Shown piece by piece: positions 17,139-26,216 of a stretch of 64,000 nt of DNA. Each line of letters begins with the position of its first letter. Position 1 is the stretch's first letter. The stretch is from assembly GCA_016926255.1 (NCBI GenBank), contig JAFGOY010000013.1:2139-66138 (forward strand), given 5' to 3'. The position numbers and the translations under genes were made by a program. The notes beneath the pieces are model-generated. The model was not told where the DNA came from, ran no database searches, and was given only the letters and a program-made list of their open reading frames with translations. The DNA comes from Anaerolineae bacterium. GTDB lineage: Bacteria > Chloroflexota > Anaerolineae > Aggregatilineales > UBA3940.

Positions 17139-19610
17139 ATGGTAACTATGTCTATTGATGTCCTATCGCTGGTAATCGGCGCACTTGTCGCGGCGGGCCT
17201 GACGGTATTGATCATCACCCAGCGCGAGCGCCTGATGAGCCTGGGGCAGGCCACCCGGAAAGGCGTCAGCGCCACGCGGGAACAGCTTTCACGTGGGGCC
17301 GCCGAACGCTACCGGGACGCGCTGATCAAGATGATCAACAGCTTCCACGTCGCCGGACACCTCGTCCCACTTGAGCAGATCGCCCGCATCCCGTCGTTTT
17401 TTGCCCCGCTCACTCCCTTCGACCCGGTAAGCGAAAACAATCCCGAATATGACCGGCCTCACTATCTGGTGCCCATCGTATTGGATTGGCCCCAGGTGAT
17501 GGCCCCCTACGCAATGCCCGCCATCCCGATGACCGAACTGCTGCGCGGGGATGATCACCTGCTGCTGCTTGGCGCTCCTGGCAGCGGACGAACTGCTGCG
17601 CTGGCGCTGATCGCGATCCTTGCTTCCCGGCAGAGAGAAGCAAGCCAGCCGGGAAGCCTGACCGACGAACCACGTCTTCCTGTCTATTTGCACTTACGCT
17701 ATCTCGACCTCGACCCGGAAAACTACGGCAATAACGTCGATCCGCTCCAACCGTTGCTCGATGCCGCCGAATCCTCGTTCGAGGGATCGGGAGGGCGGCT
17801 GGTCTACTCCGCACAGAGCATACTGGCAAACGGAGACGGGATCATCCTGCTCGACGGGTGGGATGAGATTCCCGCCGAACACCAGCCGCGTGTCACGGAG
17901 TGGCTGTCTGTATTGAAGGGTTCCTATCCGGGGAACAAAATCGTCGTCAGCGGGGATGTCCGGGGATACGCACCGCTGCTCCAGATCGGATTTTCGCCGG
18001 TCTATGTCATGCCCTGGAGCAAACAGGACTGCGCTGAACTGGCCCAACTATGGGCCGATGCGTGGCCGGAGATCGGGGGGACGGAGAGACGGCCCGCCGA
18101 TCCGCCATCTGCCGAGCAGATTCAGCGGGCAGTGCGGGGTAACCGGGCACGCAGCCCGCTCGATGTCACCCTCCACATCTGGGCGATCTATGCCGATGAT
18201 ATCGCCTCTGATACAAAACTCGACTGGTACCAGTCATACGTCGACCGGGTCAGCCCGGCCCCGATTCTTCGTCCTGTGCTCGACCGGATGGCCGAAGTTC
18301 TGCTGGTGAGCGATCAGGTGGCCCTGCCCTTCGACGACGTTGTCAACATCATCGATTCGATGCGGGCGGCGCTCCCGGAAAGAGCATCGATCAGCACACC
18401 CGATTACATCTACGCAGTGACCAACAAAACACATCTCCTGGCCGAAACCACTAATGGTGATCTGCTGGTCAACCACCCGGTAATCGCCGCTTTTCTCGCC
18501 GCCGAATCATTCCAGGGACTCGAATTCCGCGAGAGCCTGCTCGACAATACGCCAACAAACAACCTGATCCTGACCTTCCTGGCTCAGATGAGGGATATTG
18601 GCCCCTACGTCGAAAGGCGGTTGTCGGAAAGCAGCAGCATTCTGTTTGACAACATCCTGGGAACGATGGGCTGGGCTGCCGATGCGGACATTTCCGACAG
18701 CTGGCGAAACCCGGTCTTTTCGCAACTGTCCGATATGCTGCTCAACCAGGAAACCTTCCCGGCGGTGCGCGAGCGGGTGATGGCCGCGCTGGTCAGTTCG
18801 CGCGAGCCGAATGTACTCCACATCTTCAAACGCGGGATCGGAAGCACCGACCCCTTGATCCGCCGCCTGTGCGCAATCGGGATGGGAGCGATGGATGACC
18901 CGGATGCGATCCCGATCCTCGGCGAACTGATCGAAGAGGAAGACCCGGCCATCGAAGCGTCGGCGGCACTGGCCCTGGGCGCAATTGGCACCCAGACCGC
19001 CATGAACTACATGATCCAGGTGCTGCTGACCGGCAGCGAACTTGCCCGCCGGGCAGTGGCCGAAATGCTGGGCGCGACAAATACCGCAGGAGAAGGCCAT
19101 GCCGTTCTGCGCGAAGCGCTCGAAGAAGTCGACCCTTTGGTTCGCAAGGCGACGGTCTACGGCCTCGAACGAATCGGCGCAGACTGGGTGATCGAAATCC
19201 TCACCGACCTCGAAAAACGCGACGAGCAATGGCTGGTGCGGTCGGCGGCGGGAGCCGCCCTGATCAGACTCCAGGGCAGCGAAGAAGAGGATATCGAAGC
19301 AGTCATTGGGCCACACGGCGCGCCCCCTCCCCAGAAAATGGATTGGCTGGTCAACTTCTATGCAATGCGCGACCAGAATGTCCAGGAGGGCACAGACGCA
19401 CTTGGGCAGATTCTCCAGGCGATGCACGAGGGCGACGACGCCACCCGGCTGGCGGCGATTGAATCGCTGCCCACGCTGGGGATGAGCAGGGCAGCAAAAT
19501 CGATCTACGACCGGTTAAACGATCAGCATCCCGAAATCCGTGATGCTTCGTACCGGGCGTTGCAGGCGATCAGTCTGGCGGTGGGTGTATCGCTGCCCGG
19601 CGTTCTGTAG
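17139..19610 (+). CDS. N-terminally membrane-anchored NACHT-like P-loop NTPase with C-terminal HEAT repeats (823 aa)
   Basis: TM helix LSLVIGALVAAGLTVLII. Walker A-like LLLLGAPGSGRTAALAL and NACHT-type Walker B IILLDGWDEI. The C-terminus has repeated DPxxR...A..ALG HEAT/PBS-lyase-like units. ATG 17148 (GAGGA 8 nt upstream) is an equally good start. Confidence 0.6.
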   Translation: MVTMSIDVLSLVIGALVAAGLTVLIITQRERLMSLGQATRKGVSATREQLSRGAAERYRDALIKMINSFHVAGHLVPLEQIARIPSFFAPLTPFDPVSENNPEYDRPHYLVPIVLDWPQVMAPYAMPAIPMTELLRGDDHLLLLGAPGSGRTAALALIAILASRQREASQPGSLTDEPRLPVYLHLRYLDLDPENYGNNVDPLQPLLDAAESSFEGSGGRLVYSAQSILANGDGIILLDGWDEIPAEHQPRVTEWLSVLKGSYPGNKIVVSGDVRGYAPLLQIGFSPVYVMPWSKQDCAELAQLWADAWPEIGGTERRPADPPSAEQIQRAVRGNRARSPLDVTLHIWAIYADDIASDTKLDWYQSYVDRVSPAPILRPVLDRMAEVLLVSDQVALPFDDVVNIIDSMRAALPERASISTPDYIYAVTNKTHLLAETTNGDLLVNHPVIAAFLAAESFQGLEFRESLLDNTPTNNLILTFLAQMRDIGPYVERRLSESSSILFDNILGTMGWAADADISDSWRNPVFSQLSDMLLNQETFPAVRERVMAALVSSREPNVLHIFKRGIGSTDPLIRRLCAIGMGAMDDPDAIPILGELIEEEDPAIEASAALALGAIGTQTAMNYMIQVLLTGSELARRAVAEMLGATNTAGEGHAVLREALEEVDPLVRKATVYGLERIGADWVIEILTDLEKRDEQWLVRSAAGAALIRLQGSEEEDIEAVIGPHGAPPPQKMDWLVNFYAMRDQNVQEGTDALGQILQAMHEGDDATRLAAIESLPTLGMSRAAKSIYDRLNDQHPEIRDASYRALQAISLAVGVSLPGVL

Positions 19611-19650
19611 ACTGTCACTGCTCAGATTCGAATATCTATCCAACATCTCC

Positions 19651-19678
19651 AAGCCTGTCGATGTGCGACAGGCTTTTT
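19651..19678 (+). terminator. Intrinsic terminator after the NACHT-HEAT gene
   Basis: AAGCCTGTCG-atgtg-CGACAGGCTT followed by a T run (TTTTT). Confidence 0.7.
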
Positions 19679-19761
19679 CGATGCACCGTTCTGATCAAAC
19701 CGGCATCAAATAAAGTGAAAGTGTTTACTGGAAATGATTTTCTCACTCAGGAGGTGGTACG

Positions 19762-19989
19762 ATGGGTTTCGCAGGGTTTATGGCAAGCACAGCAGGTCGT
19801 CTGATCAGGATTGTGGCAGGAATCGTATTGGTAGTCGTTGGACTGGTTGTGATCGGCTTCACTACTACCGGGATCGTTGTGGCAGTGGTGGGGCTTGTCC
19901 CGCTGCTCGCCGGTCTGCTCGACATCTGTTTCTTCGCGCCGCTGTTTGGTGGCGCATTCAAGGGCAGCGAAGCACGCAAGGCGGGCTGA
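19762..19989 (+). CDS. DUF2892 (YgaP-like) small membrane protein
   Basis: 75 aa. GRLIRIVAGIVLVVVGL...LVPLLAGLLDICFFAPLFG is typical of DUF2892. AGGAGGTG lies 5 nt upstream of the ATG. Confidence 0.7.
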   Translation: MGFAGFMASTAGRLIRIVAGIVLVVVGLVVIGFTTTGIVVAVVGLVPLLAGLLDICFFAPLFGGAFKGSEARKAG

Positions 19990-20014
19990 TCCAAACAGCG
20001 CCAACCAACAAAAA

Positions 20015-20054
20015 ACAGGACCGGTGTACCCTTCACCACCGGTCCTGTTTTGTT
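20015..20054. terminator. Bidirectional intrinsic terminator between convergent genes
   Basis: ACAGGACCGGTG-10 nt loop-CACCGGTCCTGT, flanked by an A run upstream and TTTGTT downstream, so both strands read a stem followed by a U tract. Confidence 0.7.
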
Positions 20055-20067
20055 ATCGTATTATGAT

Positions 20068-20826
20068 TCACTCGACCGGGTTCTCACAGAACAGCAGCCG
20101 ATGCTGATCGGTATGATACTCGTACAGGTCATCGCCGACCGCCAGTAAAATTCGATAACCAACGGTAATTACCTGGGCAGCGACTTCACCCTCCTGCAAG
20201 CCACAGCCGATACTTGAATCCATCCACTCAGCCGGTTCACTGCCCAAAACGTCGACATTGTCCGGCGAAATCTCCAGCCGACCGGCGAGATCGGCTCTGG
20301 CCTGCTGGACAAACTCGGCAGCGACCGGATCGGAGACGGTGCCCGCGCCAATCGGGTCGCCTTCAGCCTCACAGATTATCGCTGTCCCGGCCAGATCGGT
20401 ATGGACGGAGTAGACATTCTCGCCAACGACCAGCGTGACAAGATATCCCGGTGTAACAACCTGTAGATAGACTTTGTCGGGATCAGGACAGCCTAAACTT
20501 GAATCTGTCCATTGAACGGGGAGCGTTTCGCCTACGGTAATCGAAGTGGGATCGATGCCAAGCGTCTGCGACAGCACCTCGACCGCCGCTTCAACCGGGT
20601 CGGGCGTTTCGACCGGCATCAGGTCAGACGGCTCTCCAGACGAGCCGCCCTCACCCGGTACCTCCGTCCGGACAATTGGGGTTGGCTGCGTGGTGGGCAT
20701 TTCCTGAACGACCGGGGGAACAATAGTGTTGACCTGTGTGGATGTCGCCGGTTGGGTTGACAGGCAGGCGCAGCATCCAATTGATACGATAATACACGCC
20801 AAAAAGAGTACTGCCTTCCCCCGCAT
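20068..20826 (-). CDS. Probable lipoprotein with two tandem copies of a Cys-pair domain
   Basis: I chose the start at MRGKAVLFLACIIVSIGCCAC (GTGGAGGG lies upstream; the track start is 20859). It has a signal peptide with a lipobox-like Cys and a Pro/Thr linker. Two homologous ~75-aa modules follow (..WTDSSLGCPDP..VTPGYLVTLVVGENVYSVHTD..IICE and ..WMDSSIGCGLQ..ITVGYRILLAVGDDLYEYHTD..LFCE). Confidence 0.55.
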   Translation of the reverse strand: MRGKAVLFLACIIVSIGCCACLSTQPATSTQVNTIVPPVVQEMPTTQPTPIVRTEVPGEGGSSGEPSDLMPVETPDPVEAAVEVLSQTLGIDPTSITVGETLPVQWTDSSLGCPDPDKVYLQVVTPGYLVTLVVGENVYSVHTDLAGTAIICEAEGDPIGAGTVSDPVAAEFVQQARADLAGRLEISPDNVDVLGSEPAEWMDSSIGCGLQEGEVAAQVITVGYRILLAVGDDLYEYHTDQHRLLFCENPVE

Positions 20827-20885
20827 ACTGCCCTCCACTGATCTGCATACTTCTTCCAACCTTGATCAGATGTGAGTTTACTCGT

Positions 20886-21203
20886 TCAGCCGCCGGTCAC
20901 CGTTTGATTGATAATCCGTTCAACATCACCGGCCCCAATATTCAGCAGGCTGATCAGTTTGTTCCGGCTTTCAATCCCGGCGACGATCTCAATGTCCTGC
21001 TGGCTGATGTTGAATAGACTCGCCAGGAACTGAACCAGTTCCTGGTTATCCTGATCATCCACCGGCGGTGCAGTCAACCTGATCCTGACCGTTCCATCAG
21101 GTTCGATACCGGCAATTTCGGTCGTATTCGCTTTAGGAATGATTTTGACAGCTAATGCTGCCCCTCTTGAAGCCTGCGTGATTTTGAATTCGCGTTTTGT
21201 CAT
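20886..21203 (-). CDS. yggU: DUF167 (YggU-like) protein
   Basis: ALAVKIIPKANTTEIAGIEPDGTVRIRLTAPPVDDQDNQELVQFLASLF...IVAGIESRNK fits DUF167. The start is probably MTKREF at 21203 (the track ORF extends to 21236). Confidence 0.7.
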   Translation of the reverse strand: MTKREFKITQASRGAALAVKIIPKANTTEIAGIEPDGTVRIRLTAPPVDDQDNQELVQFLASLFNISQQDIEIVAGIESRNKLISLLNIGAGDVERIINQTVTGG

Positions 21204-21271
21204 GGTGCGACTCCATACTGTGCTGCCATTCCACACCGGACCACTGGTCGCTAGAATGAGGTTGAAGTTGT

Positions 21272-21544
21272 TTATAGCCCTGTAGCCAGTATACCCAGTG
21301 CACGTTCTAGCGCAAGCAACAGTAACATAACAACCAGCGGACTGAGATCGAGCATGGCAATCGGCGGAATGATGGCACGGATCGGTTCCAGCACTGGCTC
21401 AGTCAAATCGTAGAGTATCTTGGCGAATCGGTTGGAATAAGGGCTGATCCGCAGCCAGGTCAACATGACCCGCAGCAGCAGCACAACATTGTACAGGCGG
21501 ATCAGGAGAATCAGCACCTGGAACAAAATCCTCAGAGGAGACAT
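21272..21544 (-). CDS. yggT: YggT-family membrane protein
   Basis: 90 aa. LLRVMLTWL...LTEPVLEPIRAIIPPIAMLDLSPLV is the YGGT repeat signature. Confidence 0.75.
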   Translation of the reverse strand: MSPLRILFQVLILLIRLYNVVLLLRVMLTWLRISPYSNRFAKILYDLTEPVLEPIRAIIPPIAMLDLSPLVVMLLLLALERALGILATGL

Positions 21545-21721
21545 ATCACCATCCTAATTGGCAAACGGTGCCACTCGCACCAACAACAGGCAAAACATCA
21601 CGCCGGTAACCCTGTTATGGCAAACACATGCGCTCACAATCCATTACGCAGGGCTGGCCGGTTGGTCTCAAATCTATCCTTCGACTTATGCCAGTTTGAT
21701 GAACCCAAAGAGGGGGCAGGA

Positions 21722-22513
21722 TCAATCGCCATTGAGCATGACCACCGCACCGAAACGGCCCGTCCGCCCGGCTTCTGCCCGGTGGGAGAAAAACTCATGG
21801 CGATGGCAGACCGTACACAGCCCCGCGACTTCGATCTTTCGAACCCCGACGGCCTGAATATCGTACTGGTTTGCTTTCCACAGGTCGAGATGCGCACCGC
21901 TGCCGTTTACCGAGAAAATATAATTATCTCCATCGATAAACGTTTCGCGAACCTGGGCAGTTACCTCCGGGCCGACTTCGTAGCAGCAGGGGCCGATGCT
22001 GGGGCCGATACCGACGATGATGTCTTGAGGGTTACACCGGAACTCGGCCACCATCGCGTTGACCGTCGCCGGGCCGATTCCGGCAATCGTTCCCCGCCAC
22101 CCGGCATGAGCCAGGCCAACCACGCGTTTCCTTGGATCGAAAAAGATCATCGGGACACAGTCGGCAAAGCGCATCATCAGCATCACGCCCGGATCGGCGG
22201 TGATGATGCCGTCGGCCTGCTCCGGCGGGTATTCTTGAGGGACATCACGGCGGGCAACGATCACTCTGGCGCTGTGTACCTGCCAGGTAGTCCGTGTATT
22301 CTCAACCGGGACACCGACGATGGCGGCAATCCGCTGCCGGTTCGCTTCGACATGCTCAGGATTGTCACCTACCGTCGACCCCACATTGAGGGAATCGAAA
22401 GGAGCCTGGCTGACTCCACCCCGGCGGGTGAATATCCCGTGCGTTACGCCATCTAGGTATCTCAGGTTGTCGAATTGATAGTATGCAAGGTCATTATGAC
22501 GAACGCGAAACAT
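21722..22513 (-). CDS. pgeF: YfiH/PgeF-family purine nucleoside phosphorylase / peptidoglycan editing factor
   Basis: HGIFTRRGGVS, ADGIITADPGVMLMMRFADCVP, AHAGWRGT and IGPSIGPCCYEVG are the DUF152/Cu-oxidase_4 motifs. Confidence 0.8.
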   Translation of the reverse strand: MFRVRHNDLAYYQFDNLRYLDGVTHGIFTRRGGVSQAPFDSLNVGSTVGDNPEHVEANRQRIAAIVGVPVENTRTTWQVHSARVIVARRDVPQEYPPEQADGIITADPGVMLMMRFADCVPMIFFDPRKRVVGLAHAGWRGTIAGIGPATVNAMVAEFRCNPQDIIVGIGPSIGPCCYEVGPEVTAQVRETFIDGDNYIFSVNGSGAHLDLWKANQYDIQAVGVRKIEVAGLCTVCHRHEFFSHRAEAGRTGRFGAVVMLNGD

Positions 22514-22641
22514 AGTGGCGGTAGTCTAACACATTGGTCAGGCAATAACCACCCACATTTTGCCGTTTTTTACCTCTTTGTAACTATCTCTCACTCACCA
22601 ATTGGCGCGATGATTTTTTGCGGTTGGCGTGAGCACCAAGA

Positions 22642-24888
22642 ATGCATTATCATGAAAATGTCATGGGCGAAGCAAAAGACGCCACTGTTAACTGGCAGTC
22701 CAGGGTCAAACGTGTATTTGAACTTGGACAGTCCCTCAACGCCGGACTCGAACTGCCTGATCTATGCCAGCGTGTAGTTGGTGCTGCCATCAGCTTAAGT
22801 GACGCCCAGATCGGCCTACTTATTCTCAATACCCCGGTAACCAGCCAGTACAGTATCAAAGCGGCTGTCAGGAAATCGGGTCCTCTCGACTACACCCCGA
22901 TCACCATCGACGACGAACCTGTCGCTGCTCAGGTGCTCAGGCAAAACGGGCCGATCATTCTCCTCGGCAGCGGAGATATCTACGAAGATGCTGAATTCAG
23001 GCACAAGGCAGAGCGCCCTGAGATATACATACCGATCATCAATCAGGGCGACCTGACGGGTGTCCTGGGTATAAAACGAGGGCCCGACTCCCCGCCTTTT
23101 CCCGAACACACAGTCGACCTGCTGAACGGTCTCGCAGGATACGCGGCAGTATCCCTGGAGAATGCCTTCCTGTACCAGCGCGCAATTGAACTATCACGCG
23201 AACTCAGCCTGCTGGTCGAATCGTCTAACGCGATTTCATCGTCGCTGGATTTGACCAGCGTGCTGAACGCAATCGCCCGCTACATGACCCGCGCGCTGGA
23301 TACCCACTGGTGCATCATCCACTCGACCATAGGCCCTGAAATCGACCGGTTCATCAGGCTGGCCGAATATCGAAATGCCGTTTGGAAACCGGGGCAGGGT
23401 CCGGTTGTCGATACCACCTCTATCGTTTGTGAACCGGACAATCTCTTTCAGGAACCGCTGGCCTCCATTCAATACAACCTTCACGGATCGGAAGAGGAAA
23501 TCACTCTTCTCAAGCAGCGGGGGATCAGCCGGAATCTGATCGTTCCGCTCCAGGTTGAAGGCAAGATTATCGGAGCCGCGGAGCTGGTCAACCAGAACGA
23601 CAGTACTCCCTTTACCACCGCCCAGATCGGCCAGAGTCTGCGATTCGCGCTTGAACTGGCACTGCTTCACAGTGAAGATAATTTTTATGAGCAGCGCCAG
23701 CGGTTGATCGAAACGTCCCGTGTGATGCTCTACAATCTCAACGCCGACTGGTGCAACCTGTATTTATTTGACATCGAAAAGAAGATCGCCACCAGGTGGC
23801 TGTCATATGGCACCGGCATCTGGCTCGAAGACAGCGGGCCGGCACTGGCTGTCAACGCCTATCCGACGCTGACCATCGTGACCAGAGAACAGCGTATCGC
23901 GGTGCTCCGCAGTTCAGACTCCAGCCTGCCAAAATCGGAAGCCGATCTGTTCAAATCGGTGGGAGCAGGCTCCATGCTGGCGCTGCCCCTCGTTCTAAAA
24001 GGAAGATCGGTCGGGTTCGTTCAGCTTTTAGACCTCGACCCGAACCGCGAATTCCCATCAAGGGAACTGGCACTTGCTTACACGCTTGCGAGCCAGGCAG
24101 CAGCGGCACTGGAAAACGCGCGCCTGGTATTAGATTTACAGCAGAGCCTTACCGAATTGAAGGCCATGCAGGGGCGGTTGATCCACACAGCCCGCTTATC
24201 GGCCCTGGGCGAACTGGCCGCGGTCGTTGCACACCAGGTCAACAACCCGCTGACCACCGTCATGGGAGACGCCGAAATCCTGGTGCAGGACATCGACAAA
24301 GACGATCCGAATCACGCTTCAGCAGAGGCCATTCTCCACGCGGGTCGGAGGGCAAAAGAAGTCGTCGAGCGGATTCTGGTCATGTCACGTGATGAACGCG
24401 AATTCAAAGACCTCGATCTCAACGCGACCATCGAGGATACGCTGCAACTGGTTCGCCCGCAGACATCCCGGCACCGGGTCAAGCTGATCGTCAGAACCGC
24501 CAACGGTATACCCCCCGTCTACGCCATCCCCGGTCAGCTCGAAGATGTGTGGATGAACCTCCTGACAAATGCCCGCGACGCCGTTTTGCAGCGCAATCCA
24601 ACACAGGGCGTCATTACGATCACATCCGCCCTGAGCGAAGATGGTAAAATGGCAGTAGTGACCGTCAGTGATAACGGCAGCGGCATTCCAGCCGCACACC
24701 TTGAATCGGTATTCGATCCACTGTTCACCACCAAACCGCGCGGAAAGGGCACCGGGCTGGGATTGTATGTCTGCCGCCAGATCGTTGACGATCATAAAGG
24801 AAAAATCACAATCAACAGTGTCCCGAACGAAGGAACCATGATCACCGTACAGATCCCCATAGCGACTTCACTTTCCAAGGAGGCATGA
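22642..24888 (+). CDS. Multi-GAF sensor histidine kinase
   Basis: Repeated GAF-like regions are followed by the H-box AHQVNNPLTTVMGDAEIL and HATPase_c motifs (NLLTNARDA, DNGSGIP, GKGTGLGL). Confidence 0.8.
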   Translation: MHYHENVMGEAKDATVNWQSRVKRVFELGQSLNAGLELPDLCQRVVGAAISLSDAQIGLLILNTPVTSQYSIKAAVRKSGPLDYTPITIDDEPVAAQVLRQNGPIILLGSGDIYEDAEFRHKAERPEIYIPIINQGDLTGVLGIKRGPDSPPFPEHTVDLLNGLAGYAAVSLENAFLYQRAIELSRELSLLVESSNAISSSLDLTSVLNAIARYMTRALDTHWCIIHSTIGPEIDRFIRLAEYRNAVWKPGQGPVVDTTSIVCEPDNLFQEPLASIQYNLHGSEEEITLLKQRGISRNLIVPLQVEGKIIGAAELVNQNDSTPFTTAQIGQSLRFALELALLHSEDNFYEQRQRLIETSRVMLYNLNADWCNLYLFDIEKKIATRWLSYGTGIWLEDSGPALAVNAYPTLTIVTREQRIAVLRSSDSSLPKSEADLFKSVGAGSMLALPLVLKGRSVGFVQLLDLDPNREFPSRELALAYTLASQAAAALENARLVLDLQQSLTELKAMQGRLIHTARLSALGELAAVVAHQVNNPLTTVMGDAEILVQDIDKDDPNHASAEAILHAGRRAKEVVERILVMSRDEREFKDLDLNATIEDTLQLVRPQTSRHRVKLIVRTANGIPPVYAIPGQLEDVWMNLLTNARDAVLQRNPTQGVITITSALSEDGKMAVVTVSDNGSGIPAAHLESVFDPLFTTKPRGKGTGLGLYVCRQIVDDHKGKITINSVPNEGTMITVQIPIATSLSKEA

Positions 24889-25580
24889 TGGCTTACATAC
24901 TGATCGTCGACGACGACGCCGAGGTGCTGGGAACCGTGTGGCGCGCCCTGAGCAGGGAAGGGTTCGAGGTTCTCCTCGCCGACTCGGCTGCCCAGGCCCG
25001 CGAACGGATCGAACAGCGCCGCCCTGACCTGTTGATCCTGGACATCATGATGCCCGAAAAGGATGGCCTGCAATTTTGCCAGGAGCTTCGGCACGATGAA
25101 CGCTACCGCACGCTGCCGATCCTGTTCCTGAGCGCGAAATGGCACACCGACGACGTTGTAGCCGGGTTGGATGCCGGGGGTGATGATTACCTTACCAAAC
25201 CCTTCGAACTCAAAGAGTTGAATGCCCGTGTCAAAGCGATGCTCCGGCGATCACCGCCTTCTGATGAGAGTCCAAGCTCGATCACGGTCGGCGATCTCAA
25301 GCTGGATACGAACACGTTCCAGATTTCGACGCCGGCCCTGGAGAGGATACAGCTTACATCGACCGAATTCAGACTGATCGAGCACCTGATGACCGAACCA
25401 GATCAGGCGCATTCCGTACACGAACTGCTCGATGTGGTATGGGAATATCCACCCGGAACCGGTGACCCGGACCTGGTCCGCGCCCATATCCGCAATCTGC
25501 GCGCCAAACTGGAGCCTGACACGCGCAACCCGATCTATATTCTCACAATTCATGGCGTCGGCTACATGGTCAAAAGCTGA
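24885..25580 (+). CDS. OmpR-family response regulator
   Basis: Receiver domain (ILIVDDD, LLILDIMMPEKDG, LSAK) plus a winged-helix trans_reg_C domain (LTSTEFRLIEHL...IHGVGYMV). ATGA overlap with the kinase gene. Confidence 0.85.
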   Translation: MMAYILIVDDDAEVLGTVWRALSREGFEVLLADSAAQARERIEQRRPDLLILDIMMPEKDGLQFCQELRHDERYRTLPILFLSAKWHTDDVVAGLDAGGDDYLTKPFELKELNARVKAMLRRSPPSDESPSSITVGDLKLDTNTFQISTPALERIQLTSTEFRLIEHLMTEPDQAHSVHELLDVVWEYPPGTGDPDLVRAHIRNLRAKLEPDTRNPIYILTIHGVGYMVKS

Positions 25581-25608
25581 CGTTCATTGTCCTTGAGCGA
25601 GTGACACA

Positions 25609-26151
25609 ATGTCCGATCAACTGGCTGCGCTCACAACCTTTACGCTGACTGCCGACATTGTTATCAGGCCAGCAAGATATGAAGACCTGCCTCTCCTGGA
25701 GTGGCACGGCCTTTTCTGGCATTTCAGGAACGTGTTTCGGGATACGTTCCTGGAATATCAGCAGGGCCACCGGCTGATGATCGTCGCGGCGCTCAACGAC
25801 TTCCCGGTTGGCCGCGTGTTCGTCCAGATTTCGACGGGCAACCCCGTTTACGCCGATGGCTTCGACCGTGCCTACCTGTATTCGCTCCACGTTCTTCCCG
25901 CATTGCAGGGAAATGGGATCGGGACGGCACTGATCAACTACGCGGAGCGTGAACTGATCAACCGGGGATACACCTGGGTGACCATCGCTGTAGCGAAAGA
26001 CAACCCCGCTGCCCGGCGTTTGTACGAGCGGCTCGGCTACGTTCAGTATCACGAAGACAGCGGCATCTGGAGTTATATCGATCCCGACGGGCAGGGCCAT
26101 ACGATCAATGAACCCTGCTGGGTATTGAAGAAACGTCTCGGAAGCGGCTAA
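25609..26151 (+). CDS. GNAT-family N-acetyltransferase
   Basis: LHVLPALQGNGIGTALINYAE and NPAARRLYERLGY are the GNAT motif A/B. Confidence 0.75.
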   Translation: MSDQLAALTTFTLTADIVIRPARYEDLPLLEWHGLFWHFRNVFRDTFLEYQQGHRLMIVAALNDFPVGRVFVQISTGNPVYADGFDRAYLYSLHVLPALQGNGIGTALINYAERELINRGYTWVTIAVAKDNPAARRLYERLGYVQYHEDSGIWSYIDPDGQGHTINEPCWVLKKRLGSG

Positions 26152-26157
26152 AGACAA

Positions 26158-26191
26158 ACCCGGCGGTAGAGCAGATCGCCGGGTCTTTTTT
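26158..26191. terminator. Intrinsic terminator between convergent GNAT and rfbB genes
   Basis: ACCCGGCG-11 nt loop-CGCCGGGT followed by CTTTTTTCT. The reverse strand reads the stem followed by TTGTCTTT. Confidence 0.65.
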
Positions 26192-26216
26192 CTCCGTTTG
26201 CTTATCGATTCGTCTG

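Noticed and set aside
21617-22456. 279-aa plus-strand ORF antisense to pgeF.
   Set aside because: The opposite strand encodes a full-length YfiH/PgeF with all motifs. This ORF is low-complexity and has no recognisable features.
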